Position numbers and translations under genes: made by a program. 64,000 nucleotides of DNA. It comes from a virus (Duplodnaviria > Caudoviricetes). The notes beneath the pieces were generated by a model. The model was given only the letters and a program-made list of their open reading frames with translations. It was not told where the DNA came from and searched no databases. Positions 1-10,217 of the stretch are shown in pieces. Within the stretch, counting starts at the first letter, position 1. Each line of letters starts with the position of its first letter. The DNA lies in IMG/VR virus record IMGVR_UViG_3300025098_005131. One strand, 5' to 3'.

Positions 1-2898
1 GTTTGCAGTATCGACATCAAATTGGTCAAGATCTGGAGCAGGTGAAGGTGCTAAAGCCTTTAAAACTTCATTAAATCTATCAATTGCAGTGCCTATTGTT
101 GTTTTAGGAGTAAAGTCTGTAAATAGCCCATCGTCGTAATTGTCTTCAGCATTACCTATAATACCCACTAGAGTTGCTTCGTTGTTTCCTGAATCTGTAA
201 CAGTTGCTAATTGTTCGACGTCTAAAGTTGAAGTTTGTAAAACAGATGTTGTATTATCTGTAACGGTTAAATCGGCTCCTCCCCCTCCGCCTCCATTTAT
301 GTCATCGGCAGCTACAAACTTGTTAGTATTATCATCCCACTTAAGAATTTTACCATCAGTAATAGTGTTTAAGTTAATGTCTACATTATCTAAATCAGCA
401 ATTGAAACACTAAAACCATCAGGAACAACAGCATCAATTGCACCATTAAATGAAGTAGTAATTGTTGATCCACTTATGTTTACTCCTGATATTGTTGGCG
501 CATTTGCACCCGCAGCACCCGCAGCACCCGCAGCGCCTTGAAGACCTTGAGGACCAGCTTCACCTTGAGGGCCTTGGTCCCCGGCAGCACCGGCGGCGCC
601 TGCAGCACCAGCTGGACCTTGAAGACCTTGTGGACCGGCTTCACCTTGAGGTCCCTGGTCACCCTGGGCACCTTGGTCACCTTGTAAGCCCTGAGGCCCC
701 TGATCACCTTGAATGCCTTGAGGACCTTCTGGGCCTTGTAGACCTTGTGGTCCAACTTCGCCTTGTGGTCCTTGCGGGCCAGTTGTTGCATCAACATATC
801 TAAAGTGTTCTTCAATTATATTATTAGGATCAGTTTCATCTCTGGCGACATATTGAAGTATTCTACCGTCCGATTTTGTTATGTTATTAGGATCAGGATC
901 TATGCCATCTAATTCAAAAATATTTGATTTAATTGCAGCGTCTAGCTTAATAATTGCGTCATGATGTGAGTCACCATCAGTAATATTAATTGGGTTGTTA
1001 CCGTAGGAAGGCAACTCATAGACTGCAGGTTGACCTAGATTTGCTGTGTTTTCTAAACCAACTGCAGACGCAATATTGTTTAAGTTTAATTGCTGATTGC
1101 CGCCTTCAATTCCTGCTATTAAAGCTCTACTTTCTTTAATTGCTAAATCTAGTTTACCAATAGCAATATGATGCGTATCTGTATTATTTATAAACGTTAC
1201 TGTATTATTTGCAACATAACTAGTAGGCAAATTGCCTGCTGGCGAAAGACCTGTATTGTTTGATATTGAAGAAATAATATTTCCGTTTCTAGAAATATTA
1301 TTGTTTATGCCTAAAATTTGACTGTCGATTTCATTTTTAAGACTTATTCTATTGTTATCAAGTATTTTAATGGCGCTAATTATATTTTCATTACTTATAT
1401 CGTTTAGTGTCGGGTTTTGATTATTGAACAAAGTCAGATAAGAAAAATCATTATTTTCAAGGTCTGTAAAACCTAAGTTTGTAATTATTTTATTTTGTAA
1501 GTTTGATATTCTTATATCTTCGCTATTAAGTCCTGCAATTAATTGAGAATTATCGTTTATTTCAGAATCTAATGCTACTAAAGCACCTTTTATTGTTAGA
1601 GGGTTCGGGTTTTGATTTGTTCCAACATTTTTCAGTATATTTGTAGTGTTTGCAAAAGCTTCTAGCTCTCCAAAACTATCTTCTTCTAATGATAAACCGA
1701 TGGAGCTAACAATTGTAGTAAGGTCGCTATCAATAGAGTTTATTTCAAAATCAATTGTAGAAAGATTACTAATAATACTTTCGTTTGAGTCTAGTACTGA
1801 TAAGTTATTAAAATTATTAAACGAGAGTGTGTCGTTGTTATTTGTAATGCCAACAAGCGTATTACTTTGATTTATATAATTTAGAAGTAAAAGTGAGCCA
1901 TTTAAATTATTTTCAATTTCTGTTACATTAGTTTGCGATCTAACTCTGTTTCCATCAACTACAGTTTGAAGCTGCGTTAATGTTGTGTTTATTGTATTTA
2001 TTGTGCCAGAATTGCTGCTAGTAGATGTTGCATTAGCATCAACTATTTGCCGGGTTTCCAGAAGTTTTTGATCTAAAATAGCATCAGCGTTAAAAAGAGA
2101 AGTAGCTGTATCAATATATTCTAAATTTAAATCTGCATCATAGGCGCCATTTGATAATAATCCCGAGCCTAATTGTGTATCGTCCAACTCTTGTTGAAGA
2201 TCACTTACTTCTGATGCTTCTGCTTTTGTTTCAATATTTCCTGCATTAATAAATATTTTATCATCAAGTATTGACAGAGCATTAAAAACTGAGGATACTC
2301 CAGATGGTGTATTTATATAGTTAGTGGTTTCATCTGGCGTATATTGTAATGTTTGAAGATTTAGCCCGATATTACTTTTAATAGTATCTAAATTTGTCGC
2401 TGTTTGAGTATTGACTAAATTTATTTGCGCAATACTATTTTCATTAATTTTAATTTTATTATCAAGTATAGCATCTGCTTCACCAGCAGTTGTAGGTGCA
2501 GGCTGGGCTGTACTTAGATAATTCGTATTTTGTAAATCATATCCGATTTGATTGAAATTTATAAGTTCGCCAGCAGTTGTTCTTAGATAATCTAAAAACA
2601 AAGTTCCTTTTATAAGTACATCTCCACCAAATACAGACGAATGATCATTTGGAAGAATTCCATTTCCGTCTACACCGTTTTGCGTAGGATCGCCGTGGAC
2701 GTATAACAGAGTATTACTTGGATAGTTATTGCTATTTTGCAAAAATACTTCTAAGTCATTTGTTTGACCACCTAAGTGATCACTAGCAAAATCTTCTGAG
2801 TATATTATTAGTTTTGGTTCTAATAAATTCTGACTATCTTCGTTACTCCCGATTAAGGATCCCGTTCTTATTCTAGTTGATAAAAAGTCTCTAGACAT
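1..2898 (-). CDS. Large tail fibre / virion protein with collagen-like (Gly-X-Y) repeat; 3'-truncated by window edge (>=966 codons)
   Basis: ATG at 2898 with AAGGA upstream (MSRDFLSTRIRTGSLIG...). The frame was open in every segment I translated and runs to position 1. Contains GPQGPQGEVGPQGLQG... and ...DGKILKWDDNTNKFVAAD. Missing from the ORF track because it has no stop in the window. Confidence 0.8.
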   Translation of the reverse strand, partial: MSRDFLSTRIRTGSLIGSNEDSQNLLEPKLIIYSEDFASDHLGGQTNDLEVFLQNSNNYPSNTLLYVHGDPTQNGVDGNGILPNDHSSVFGGDVLIKGTLFLDYLRTTAGELINFNQIGYDLQNTNYLSTAQPAPTTAGEADAILDNKIKINENSIAQINLVNTQTATNLDTIKSNIGLNLQTLQYTPDETTNYINTPSGVSSVFNALSILDDKIFINAGNIETKAEASEVSDLQQELDDTQLGSGLLSNGAYDADLNLEYIDTATSLFNADAILDQKLLETRQIVDANATSTSSNSGTINTINTTLTQLQTVVDGNRVRSQTNVTEIENNLNGSLLLLNYINQSNTLVGITNNNDTLSFNNFNNLSVLDSNESIISNLSTIDFEINSIDSDLTTIVSSIGLSLEEDSFGELEAFANTTNILKNVGTNQNPNPLTIKGALVALDSEINDNSQLIAGLNSEDIRISNLQNKIITNLGFTDLENNDFSYLTLFNNQNPTLNDISNENIISAIKILDNNRISLKNEIDSQILGINNNISRNGNIISSISNNTGLSPAGNLPTSYVANNTVTFINNTDTHHIAIGKLDLAIKESRALIAGIEGGNQQLNLNNIASAVGLENTANLGQPAVYELPSYGNNPINITDGDSHHDAIIKLDAAIKSNIFELDGIDPDPNNITKSDGRILQYVARDETDPNNIIEEHFRYVDATTGPQGPQGEVGPQGLQGPEGPQGIQGDQGPQGLQGDQGAQGDQGPQGEAGPQGLQGPAGAAGAAGAAGDQGPQGEAGPQGLQGAAGAAGAAGANAPTISGVNISGSTITTSFNGAIDAVVPDGFSVSIADLDNVDINLNTITDGKILKWDDNTNKFVAADDINGGGGGGADLTVTDNTTSVLQTSTLDVEQLATVTDSGNNEATLVGIIGNAEDNYDDGLFTDFTPKTTIGTAIDRFNEVLKALAPSPAPDLDQFDVDTAN
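516..780 (-). repeat. Collagen-like GXY coding repeat
   Basis: Repeated GPQ/GEA/GLQ/GAA triplets; locally GC-rich (gaagaccttg, ccttgagg units on + strand). Confidence 0.9.
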
Positions 2899-2921
2899 TG
2901 CAATTCCTTTTTTATTTAATA

Positions 2922-3467
2922 TTAAATATATTTAACGAAAGGATTTGTACCTTCGATTAGCTCAAATAAATCAGAAAATGTATCAAGATCTGTATCTATA
3001 TCGTTAAGTTGTTGTATTGTTTCTGAAGCAACATAGTTAACAATACCAGAATGTTTTGTACAATTGATTACATAAAAACTTTCATTATTAATATTTTCTA
3101 TAGTTAATACTGTGTTTTTTCCTGAAAATGAGCAAGTAATAAAAGGATTAGTAAATTTTTTATTTTTAAAATTAACTTGAAGAGCTTCTTCTTTGTTGAT
3201 AAAGACTTTACTTGCTTCCAATATTGTTGTGTATTCAATTGTTTGACTTCTAGTTCTAGTTAAATTTGCCCATGTTGTTTCAAAAAAGGGGCTTCCAAAT
3301 TTTGCGTCCAGCAAATTAACATACTCTATATTATTTATTATAACGCTTTCTGGAGAACCAAAACCAGTATTTGTGTATGTCAATGTAGAAATATTAAAAT
3401 GACTAGTTTTTAATAAAGAAGGACTACCAAATCCTAAGTCAGGGTGATTTTTATATACAATACTCAT
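2922..3467 (-). CDS. Hypothetical, probably virion-associated (three FGSP motifs)
   Basis: ORF track 181 aa; GFGSP, GFGSP and KFGSP repeats; lies between fibre-like genes. Confidence 0.55.
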   Translation of the reverse strand: MSIVYKNHPDLGFGSPSLLKTSHFNISTLTYTNTGFGSPESVIINNIEYVNLLDAKFGSPFFETTWANLTRTRSQTIEYTTILEASKVFINKEEALQVNFKNKKFTNPFITCSFSGKNTVLTIENINNESFYVINCTKHSGIVNYVASETIQQLNDIDTDLDTFSDLFELIEGTNPFVKYI

Positions 3468-3481
3468 ATTTCATCCTACTA

Positions 3482-5689
3482 CTATGCATAATATACTGTA
3501 GCTGTAAATTTTTTGTTTGAATAAGAAGAATGAATTGATGACATGTCATTAATTGAGATAAGAAGAAAGTAGTCTGACTGTAGCGCTGTCTGGTTGTTTT
3601 GATTGTAAGTGTCATCATTCCATTCGCTAAAGCCAATACCTAAGTCGCCATCTTGAACGCCAATCTTGTTTTGTTGCGACATGCTTACTGAAGTTGACAT
3701 AGCTGGTAAAGTTTCTGATTGATTTGTTATAAATTCAGCATTGGTTGCAAAGCTTGCTGACCATTTAATTGTTGACGAGTACATTTCGTTACATGTCAAA
3801 GTTATTTTTTTAATTACAAGAGAATTTCCTGTATTGTTTTTAAAAGAAAAGATGTATTTTAAAGCTCCTATTTGAGAAGCATACTTGCTTCCACTTGCAA
3901 CAAAAGCTAAACTTGTTGTCCATTCATTGCTATGCGTGGCATGCCAAGTTTTATGAGACAAATCGTTTATAGACTGACTTTGCCACTCACCGCTATTGTA
4001 GCTTAAAACACTGTTATTTTGAATACCACTATCATTGACTGTGACTATATTTTTCCCCGTTATTCCATCATTATATTTTAAATCGACTTTGTTACTATCA
4101 TCAAAATTGGTTTGAACGTATATATAATTGTTTGAAGGTGTTCTGCTGCTTTGATTTAAATATGCAATGCCATCATTAGTAAGCGCTGTGCCGTCTGCTG
4201 TTGCTTCAAATATGTGTCCCGCTGTATTAGAATCAGCCCCTACTATTTTAAAATCAATCGACCCAGGATTTTCTATTCTATATGTAGTGCCTGTTATAAT
4301 TGATTCTGGACTTACTTGTGAATTATTAAAAGTATAGTTTTTTAATGATATACTTGATATATCTAAGTCTAAACTTTTATTATTACTAGTGCTATACATT
4401 TGATCATTAATACCAATACTTAATTTAGCGTCACCTATGCTTAAAGAATTGTCACTTAAATATAAATGTCTAACTTTATTTTCAGCACTTCCAATATCAT
4501 ACTGCTCATTATCTGAAGGTATTAAGTGTCCAGAGTTGTTAAAAGTCCATCTGCTTTGATTATTTGTTTTGAAAACAATTTGTCCATCGGACCCAGAATC
4601 AATTGTCTCTACAGACGTATCTCCTTCTTCAATTTTATCACCTGTTACTACACCTCCACCCCCACTTGATGCATTTATTGTAATGCTTATGTTATTGGTA
4701 TCTGATGCTACTGACGTTGTTACATTATTGCCGCCTATAATGTTTAAAGTTCTTCCTCCCCCAAAAGTTAAAATTTCTGAACCTGTGTCAGCTCCAAGAT
4801 TTTGAGTAACTGTAGGTATATCTACTAAGTTATTATAGCTGATGTCCTGGAATGTAACTATATCACTTCCGTTTGTTACTAGCGCTTGACCTGCTGTTCC
4901 TTGAACATTAAAGTCAAAGGTTACATCATTTATTACACCTAACACAGCACTGTTTGCAACTATTGTATTTGCAAAGACAAAAGAAGGCCTATTTCCGTTT
5001 AATTCGCCAATTTGTGCATTCCCGTCAGCAAATCTCAGCTTAAAACCTGTGTCTAGTGTTAATGTATCAGTGTCATTAGAAGACAAGCCGACTAAAGAAC
5101 TTCCACCAGCAGCATCTTGCCATGACAAGCTTCCGTCGCCTGCTGTTGTTAAAACTTGTCCTCCCGTGCCATAAACAACAGGCAAAACGAAAGTCTTGTC
5201 TGAAGCAACTTTTATTTGATTTATTTTTTTCACTGAGCTGTCTACGACTTCAGTCAAATTACTATATATTGTATTCCAGTCTCTTTGAGTTGCAGCCGGT
5301 TTTTCAAGATCGTTATTTGTACTTTTAACACTTAGATTAATAAAATGAGACTCAGGTGCTACAAATAAATTTTGTTCTGAATAAATATCAGTGTTTAAGT
5401 TTCGTGCTACAACAAATACTCTATAAGAACCCCATATATCGATGCTATTAAAAGTTATTGAGCTTTTATAAGTATCGTTAGGCGTTAGCACAATAGAAGC
5501 GTTAGATGATGTTGGCTTATCAACAATATACCACTCAAATCTAAAGCTGTTATTTGCAATAGTATCTCCAGCTCTTTCAGTATCAGTAATACTATTTATT
5601 GTAAGAGTTGTATTTAAGCTTGGTGACAAGTCAACTTCATTAAAAGATGTGATATCATTAGTAGCTGTTATTGTAAAAGTAATAGACAT
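3482..5689 (-). CDS. Tail fibre-like structural protein
   Basis: 735 aa, S/T/N/G-rich. Fibre-type motifs GTGGQVLTTAGDGSLSW, GTAGQALVTNGS and GHLIPSDNEQYDIGSAENKVRHLYLSDNSL. Confidence 0.7.
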   Translation of the reverse strand: MSITFTITATNDITSFNEVDLSPSLNTTLTINSITDTERAGDTIANNSFRFEWYIVDKPTSSNASIVLTPNDTYKSSITFNSIDIWGSYRVFVVARNLNTDIYSEQNLFVAPESHFINLSVKSTNNDLEKPAATQRDWNTIYSNLTEVVDSSVKKINQIKVASDKTFVLPVVYGTGGQVLTTAGDGSLSWQDAAGGSSLVGLSSNDTDTLTLDTGFKLRFADGNAQIGELNGNRPSFVFANTIVANSAVLGVINDVTFDFNVQGTAGQALVTNGSDIVTFQDISYNNLVDIPTVTQNLGADTGSEILTFGGGRTLNIIGGNNVTTSVASDTNNISITINASSGGGGVVTGDKIEEGDTSVETIDSGSDGQIVFKTNNQSRWTFNNSGHLIPSDNEQYDIGSAENKVRHLYLSDNSLSIGDAKLSIGINDQMYSTSNNKSLDLDISSISLKNYTFNNSQVSPESIITGTTYRIENPGSIDFKIVGADSNTAGHIFEATADGTALTNDGIAYLNQSSRTPSNNYIYVQTNFDDSNKVDLKYNDGITGKNIVTVNDSGIQNNSVLSYNSGEWQSQSINDLSHKTWHATHSNEWTTSLAFVASGSKYASQIGALKYIFSFKNNTGNSLVIKKITLTCNEMYSSTIKWSASFATNAEFITNQSETLPAMSTSVSMSQQNKIGVQDGDLGIGFSEWNDDTYNQNNQTALQSDYFLLISINDMSSIHSSYSNKKFTATVYYA

Positions 5690-5709
5690 GTAATAATTTC
5701 CTTTTAATA

Positions 5710-6033
5710 CTAAGTATCAGTTCTGCTAATAATCTGAAGATGCACATAAACTTCCGGAGTTGCCTCAGCTGCTTCTGATATTTCAACAACAACATGATCT
5801 CTTGTTATACTTGCAATGTAAACATTCACGTTTTCATTTTCTGGTGAAGCTACGCAAATAGGAGCCTCGCTAAAAGCCTTTTGAAAATCATATCTTTTTG
5901 AGAACTGGTTTTCTACAAATCTAAGCTTAATTGACTCAATTACACTACTATTGAGGTCCACATAGACAGGCTTTCTTTTATATATGGGGTAAGTTTTTCT
6001 TTGTCTGTTTAAGTCATAAATGTTTTTAGGCAT
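5710..6033 (-). CDS. Hypothetical protein, possible fibre-associated beta domain
   Basis: ORF track 107 aa; same operon as the fibre genes. Confidence 0.5.
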   Translation of the reverse strand: MPKNIYDLNRQRKTYPIYKRKPVYVDLNSSVIESIKLRFVENQFSKRYDFQKAFSEAPICVASPENENVNVYIASITRDHVVVEISEAAEATPEVYVHLQIISRTDT

Positions 6034-6043
6034 ATTTTATCCT

Positions 6044-7375
6044 TTATAGTAATTTAGCAGCTTCGTTTGCTAAAGAAGATCTGTAACCTTTTGTAAATGA
6101 TATGTGTCCTGTTAGTTTGCTTTGCTTCATTTTTTCTGTGACTATTGTTAAGCCGTTTGAAAACTTATTAACGTAAGGTAAATCAACTTGATCTATATCC
6201 CCTAAAAGTATAATTTTAGAATTTGATCCAGTTCTTGTAATAACAGTTTTTAATTCGTGAACAGTTGCGTTTTGTGCTTCATCAACAATGATTATAGAAT
6301 CATTAAAGCTTCTGCCTCTTATATATGATAAAGGTGCAACATCAATAATACCTTTTTCAATCATTAGATTAAAGTAATTTAAATCACCGAATTGATTTCT
6401 AAAATTATCAACAATCGGAGCAAGCCATGGAGCCATTTTTTCTTCTAAAGTTCCTGGCAAAAAACCAATATCTTTCCCAACAGTCTGAATAGGTCTGGTA
6501 AAAATTATTCTTTTTACTTTTTCTTTTTCGATAAAACTTAGTGATGTCATAAGTGATAAAAATGTTTTGCCGCTGCCAGGAATTCCTGTTAATGAAATCA
6601 AAGGTATGTTTTCATCTAAAAGCATGCTTAAAGCAAAAGTCTGCTCTTTGTTTTTTGGCTCAATTCTTATTTGCTTAAATATCTCACTTTTGCTTTTAAC
6701 TAGATTTAAAGAATTATGCTTTTTAATACACAAAGAAGAACTTTGACCACAAGAAGTTTTTAAAATAACACATTCGTTTTCGAACAATTCAATTTCATTT
6801 ATTTCTAGTTTTGATAAAACTAAAAACTTTTCTTTGTAAATTTTATCTATTACGTTTTTTTCAACAACTATTTCTTTATATCCAGAAAATAAGTTGTCTT
6901 TTTCTTGACTAATAAATTCATAGTCTGCGTAATAGTCATTTGCTTTAATGTTTAAAGCATCACATTTTACTCTAAGATTAATATCTTTAGTAATTAATAT
7001 AATTTCTCTATATTCTTTTTTATTTTTGTTTATTACGAATTTTGAGACTGCAATGATTTTGTTATCGTTACAGTCCTTATCTAACCCATCTAATTCCTCC
7101 CAAAGACTTTTTGTTTCGACAGAAATTGTTATGTTTTTTTCGCTTAGATGAATACCCTTATTTAAGTTTCCATTTTCTCTTATATCATCTAAAAATCTGT
7201 TAATAAACCTGGCATTTTCTCCTAAAATACCTTCTCTTGATTTAAATTTATCTATTTCTTCTAAAACAATCAAAGGAATAACAATGTCATTTCCAGACAT
7301 TTTTGATATGCAGTCTTTATCATACAAAATAACACTAGTATCAATTATAAAAAGTTTTCTTTTTTCTAAGCTCAT
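6044..7375 (-). CDS. phoH: PIN-PhoH family ATPase (PhoH2/YlaK-like)
   Basis: N-terminal PIN (IIDTSVIL, VLEEIDKFK, DNKII, TKDINLRVK). Walker A GIPGSGKT; RGRSF, VDEAQN and GDIDQVD motifs. Confidence 0.93.
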   Translation of the reverse strand: MSLEKRKLFIIDTSVILYDKDCISKMSGNDIVIPLIVLEEIDKFKSREGILGENARFINRFLDDIRENGNLNKGIHLSEKNITISVETKSLWEELDGLDKDCNDNKIIAVSKFVINKNKKEYREIILITKDINLRVKCDALNIKANDYYADYEFISQEKDNLFSGYKEIVVEKNVIDKIYKEKFLVLSKLEINEIELFENECVILKTSCGQSSSLCIKKHNSLNLVKSKSEIFKQIRIEPKNKEQTFALSMLLDENIPLISLTGIPGSGKTFLSLMTSLSFIEKEKVKRIIFTRPIQTVGKDIGFLPGTLEEKMAPWLAPIVDNFRNQFGDLNYFNLMIEKGIIDVAPLSYIRGRSFNDSIIIVDEAQNATVHELKTVITRTGSNSKIILLGDIDQVDLPYVNKFSNGLTIVTEKMKQSKLTGHISFTKGYRSSLANEAAKLL

Positions 7376-7434
7376 TGTAAACCCCTAACAAGTATATTAT
7401 ACTAAATATTATATAAAAAAGAAAGGTTTAATAT

Positions 7435-7689
7435 ATGTCTTCAGAAAATAATAAGTTAACATGTTTTAGTGAACACAAAAAGTGTAATGTATCTTGCAAA
7501 ATCAAAGATTGTAGATACTGGCATGACTTATCTGGAAAAAACAATAATTGTTTTATTAATAAAATCAACGACCAAAATAATAACATTACACTTGAGGAAA
7601 TAGGAAATATATTCGGAATAACTAGAATGAGAGTTTGTCAAATTGAAAAGTCTGTGCTTTTAAAAATTAAAGATAAACTAGTCTTTTAA
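7435..7689 (+). CDS. Stand-alone sigma70 region-4-like HTH protein with Cys-rich N-terminus
   Basis: TLEEIGNIFGITRMRVCQIEKSVLLKIK matches the sigma region 4.2 HTH pattern. Confidence 0.8.
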   Translation: MSSENNKLTCFSEHKKCNVSCKIKDCRYWHDLSGKNNNCFINKINDQNNNITLEEIGNIFGITRMRVCQIEKSVLLKIKDKLVF

Positions 7690-7893
7690 TGTAAACTTAA
7701 CAAAGTCACCTGAAAATTGTTTGAGTCTTCGTAAAGATTTTCTTAGTCTCACTCCTGCTGCCTTATTTCCTTTATTTGATTTAAGGACATCAGTCTCTAA
7801 TGATTCTACAAAAACCCTTAAAGCACTATAATATTCAGCGTTATCATTTAAGTTTTCTAGTAAATCGTCAGTTTGGTTTTCTTGATCTGTCAT
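7678..7893 (-). CDS. Histone H1-like (Hc1-type) small DNA-binding protein
   Basis: KGNKAAGVRLRKSLRRLK resembles the GNKAAGTRARK-type motif of Hc1-like proteins. Confidence 0.6.
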   Translation of the reverse strand: MTDQENQTDDLLENLNDNAEYYSALRVFVESLETDVLKSNKGNKAAGVRLRKSLRRLKQFSGDFVKFTLKD

Positions 7894-7905
7894 TTTTTTC
7901 TCCTG

Positions 7906-8106
7906 TTAAATTATTATTTTTTCTTGTTTGTTTGTTACTTCTGCAACAACAGCTTTCATTATGCTTGTATCTTCTAGTTCTAAACTTAAAAGTTCAATTA
8001 ATTTTTTTATTTCACCTTGCGAAACACCAAAGTTTAAAATTTCGTTAGTAATACTTCTACATTTTTTTATTGATTCTAAGTCTTTCGGCTTGTTAGGATC
8101 TAACAT
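7906..8106 (-). CDS. Hypothetical protein
   Basis: ORF track; contiguous in the minus-strand operon. Confidence 0.6.
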   Translation of the reverse strand: MLDPNKPKDLESIKKCRSITNEILNFGVSQGEIKKLIELLSLELEDTSIMKAVVAEVTNKQEKIII

Positions 8107-8573
8107 TAAACGTACCTTTGTGTGATTTCTGTTTTAATTCTATGATGATCTTTTTCAATGTATAATAATTTATATACAATGTTGTTTTCTATTTCTTCTC
8201 GACTTAACAGAATTCTTCCTTCTTCTTTGTTTTCTATAAGATGTTCTACAAGTTCCCAGTCACTTATGTCTATATCATTTATTTCTAACAAGTCAACAAT
8301 ATCTCTTTTGTTTTTTGAGATTAGGTTAAACTTAATATCTTCTTTATTGTTAACAAGACTCTTTAAACTTTCTTTACCCCATTGTATTTCACTTTTAAAG
8401 GTTTCAGTTACTTTATGTAAAATGTCACAATTATTACACATTACATATTTTTCAACAACTTTTTCATTTTCAATTTTTGAAAAAACTTGAAATTTATGAA
8501 ATATTGGTTTCGATTTGTTTTTGTAAATCTTTAAAGTACACTGGCATTCTATTAAATGTTTTACAAAATTCAT
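8106..8573 (-). CDS. Hypothetical protein with CxC and CxxC pairs
   Basis: IECQC and MCNNC; overlaps neighbouring start/stop codons. Confidence 0.65.
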   Translation of the reverse strand: MNFVKHLIECQCTLKIYKNKSKPIFHKFQVFSKIENEKVVEKYVMCNNCDILHKVTETFKSEIQWGKESLKSLVNNKEDIKFNLISKNKRDIVDLLEINDIDISDWELVEHLIENKEEGRILLSREEIENNIVYKLLYIEKDHHRIKTEITQRYV

Positions 8574-9754
8574 TTTTGCCTCACTACAAACCCTAAGTTT
8601 TTAAAGGTTTTTAAAAAATTTTCTGAGAGAATATTGTTATATTCTATTTCTTTTTTAAGCCTTATCTTTCCAGAACAATCTTTTACTAAACCGTATATTA
8701 ATATATTATTATAACATAATATCAAGTTTTTAATTTCATATAAAAATTGCGTCATGTTGTTTGGAATATTAATTTCTACTACATTAGAAGATAATCTTTT
8801 TTTTCTTTTAAGTAGATAGTCTTTTAAACTTTGATTATTTGTCTCGCTTAACTTTTTATTAATTTTTTCAACCAGATTTTTATCAATATTAGAAAAATAT
8901 ATTTTTTCTGGAGATACTTTAAGTGACTTTAATTTTGACTTTTCAATTACAGCTTTTGAAACTATATCACCAAATTCTGAGCTCACAATATCTAACTGCA
9001 AAGCTTCAGATAAGTCTTTAAACATAAACGGGTCGTCGTTTATAAACTTTGAAGTGTAAGGGAGGACATATGCTTTGTTCTTAATCATTATTTCTCTAAG
9101 GCTTTTGACAGCATAGTCTGACATTCCTCGACAGACTAATAACACAGGTAGCTTATCTTTTATAGACTTTTCAATTAAAGTCATTATTTCTGATTCTCTT
9201 TCAATATAAGCATCTAAAACTACTGTAATGAATGTTTTTGTCATTTCTTTGTTGTTTTTAAAGAAAACATCTCTAAATCTCGGGTCAATTTCAATATTAA
9301 AAAAGCTACTATTGTATTTTGATACTTTTATTTTGTTATTATTAGTTTTTTGACAAACTAATGTTGCGTCTGGTCCTGCAAAACTTATAATTTCGAAAAA
9401 CATTTCCAGGTAATCTTTGTTCACAATAGAACTAAAATATTTCTTTGTATTTTCAATATTTTTCTGTATGTCTTTAAATTCTAATTTTTCGTTGTTTTTA
9501 AAATAACTTTGAACAATTAATTTTGACAAATAATAAGACGAACCTGGACTAACTTTTTCAGACTTACTAAAAAAATTTATCAAAAGATCTTTAAAATAAA
9601 ATGCTTGAAGATCTTTTGATCTAGATAGATGGAAAAAAAACAAAAAGCTAGAGTTAAAAACTTTTTTATTAGTAATAAATCTTAATTTGTTTTTTTCAAA
9701 TTTTTTATTGAAATTGTTTAAAAATGTAATGATTTTTATTTCTTCACTGTTCAT
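8570..9754 (-). CDS. Divergent, truncated chaperonin (GroEL/Cpn60-like apical region)
   Basis: VLDAYIERESEIMTLIEKSIKDKLPVLLVCRGMS and YLLKRKKRLSS..VEINI resemble Cpn60 apical/intermediate segments. Canonical GDGTTT is absent. Confidence 0.55.
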   Translation of the reverse strand: MNSEEIKIITFLNNFNKKFEKNKLRFITNKKVFNSSFLFFFHLSRSKDLQAFYFKDLLINFFSKSEKVSPGSSYYLSKLIVQSYFKNNEKLEFKDIQKNIENTKKYFSSIVNKDYLEMFFEIISFAGPDATLVCQKTNNNKIKVSKYNSSFFNIEIDPRFRDVFFKNNKEMTKTFITVVLDAYIERESEIMTLIEKSIKDKLPVLLVCRGMSDYAVKSLREIMIKNKAYVLPYTSKFINDDPFMFKDLSEALQLDIVSSEFGDIVSKAVIEKSKLKSLKVSPEKIYFSNIDKNLVEKINKKLSETNNQSLKDYLLKRKKRLSSNVVEINIPNNMTQFLYEIKNLILCYNNILIYGLVKDCSGKIRLKKEIEYNNILSENFLKTFKNLGFVVRQK

Positions 9755-10193
9755 TTAGTTTTTCTTTGTATGTTTTTAAAAATTTTTTTAGATAACTAGG
9801 TAATAATAAATAAGCTTCTTCGTATGTTAACCAATAATATTCTGTGTGTTCAATTATATCTGTTATGGGATTTTTTGTAAATTTTATTTCTGGTAAATTA
9901 CCGTTGATACATAAAACTTTTCCAAGAAAAATGTGTAAGCCAGTTTTATTAGAAAAATAAGAATTGTCAATAATTTTATAATCTTTATTTATAATAAGAC
10001 CCGTTTCTTCTTTTGTTTCTCTAATTGCACATTGTATTAGACTTTCAAGTTTTTCCTCTTCAACTACACCTTTTGGAAAATCTCCTTTACCGTTAATATC
10101 TTTTAAAACCAATATTAACTTTTCTTTTGCTAAACCTTTAACTAAACCTTTAACATTATCGTAGAACAATAAAAATCCGGAAGCTTTTTTCAT
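9744..10193 (-). CDS. Nudix hydrolase
   Basis: FPKGVVEEEKLESLIQCAIRETKEETGL Nudix box variant. Confidence 0.88.
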   Translation of the reverse strand: MKKASGFLLFYDNVKGLVKGLAKEKLILVLKDINGKGDFPKGVVEEEKLESLIQCAIRETKEETGLIINKDYKIIDNSYFSNKTGLHIFLGKVLCINGNLPEIKFTKNPITDIIEHTEYYWLTYEEAYLLLPSYLKKFLKTYKEKLNEQ

Positions 10194-10217
10194 TTTTAAA
10201 CACCTTTGTGACTGATA

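Noticed and set aside
140-815. Track ORFs 140-541(+), 462-803(+) and 480-815(-)
   Set aside because: Alternative-frame shadows of the GC-rich collagen repeat in the real minus-strand gene.
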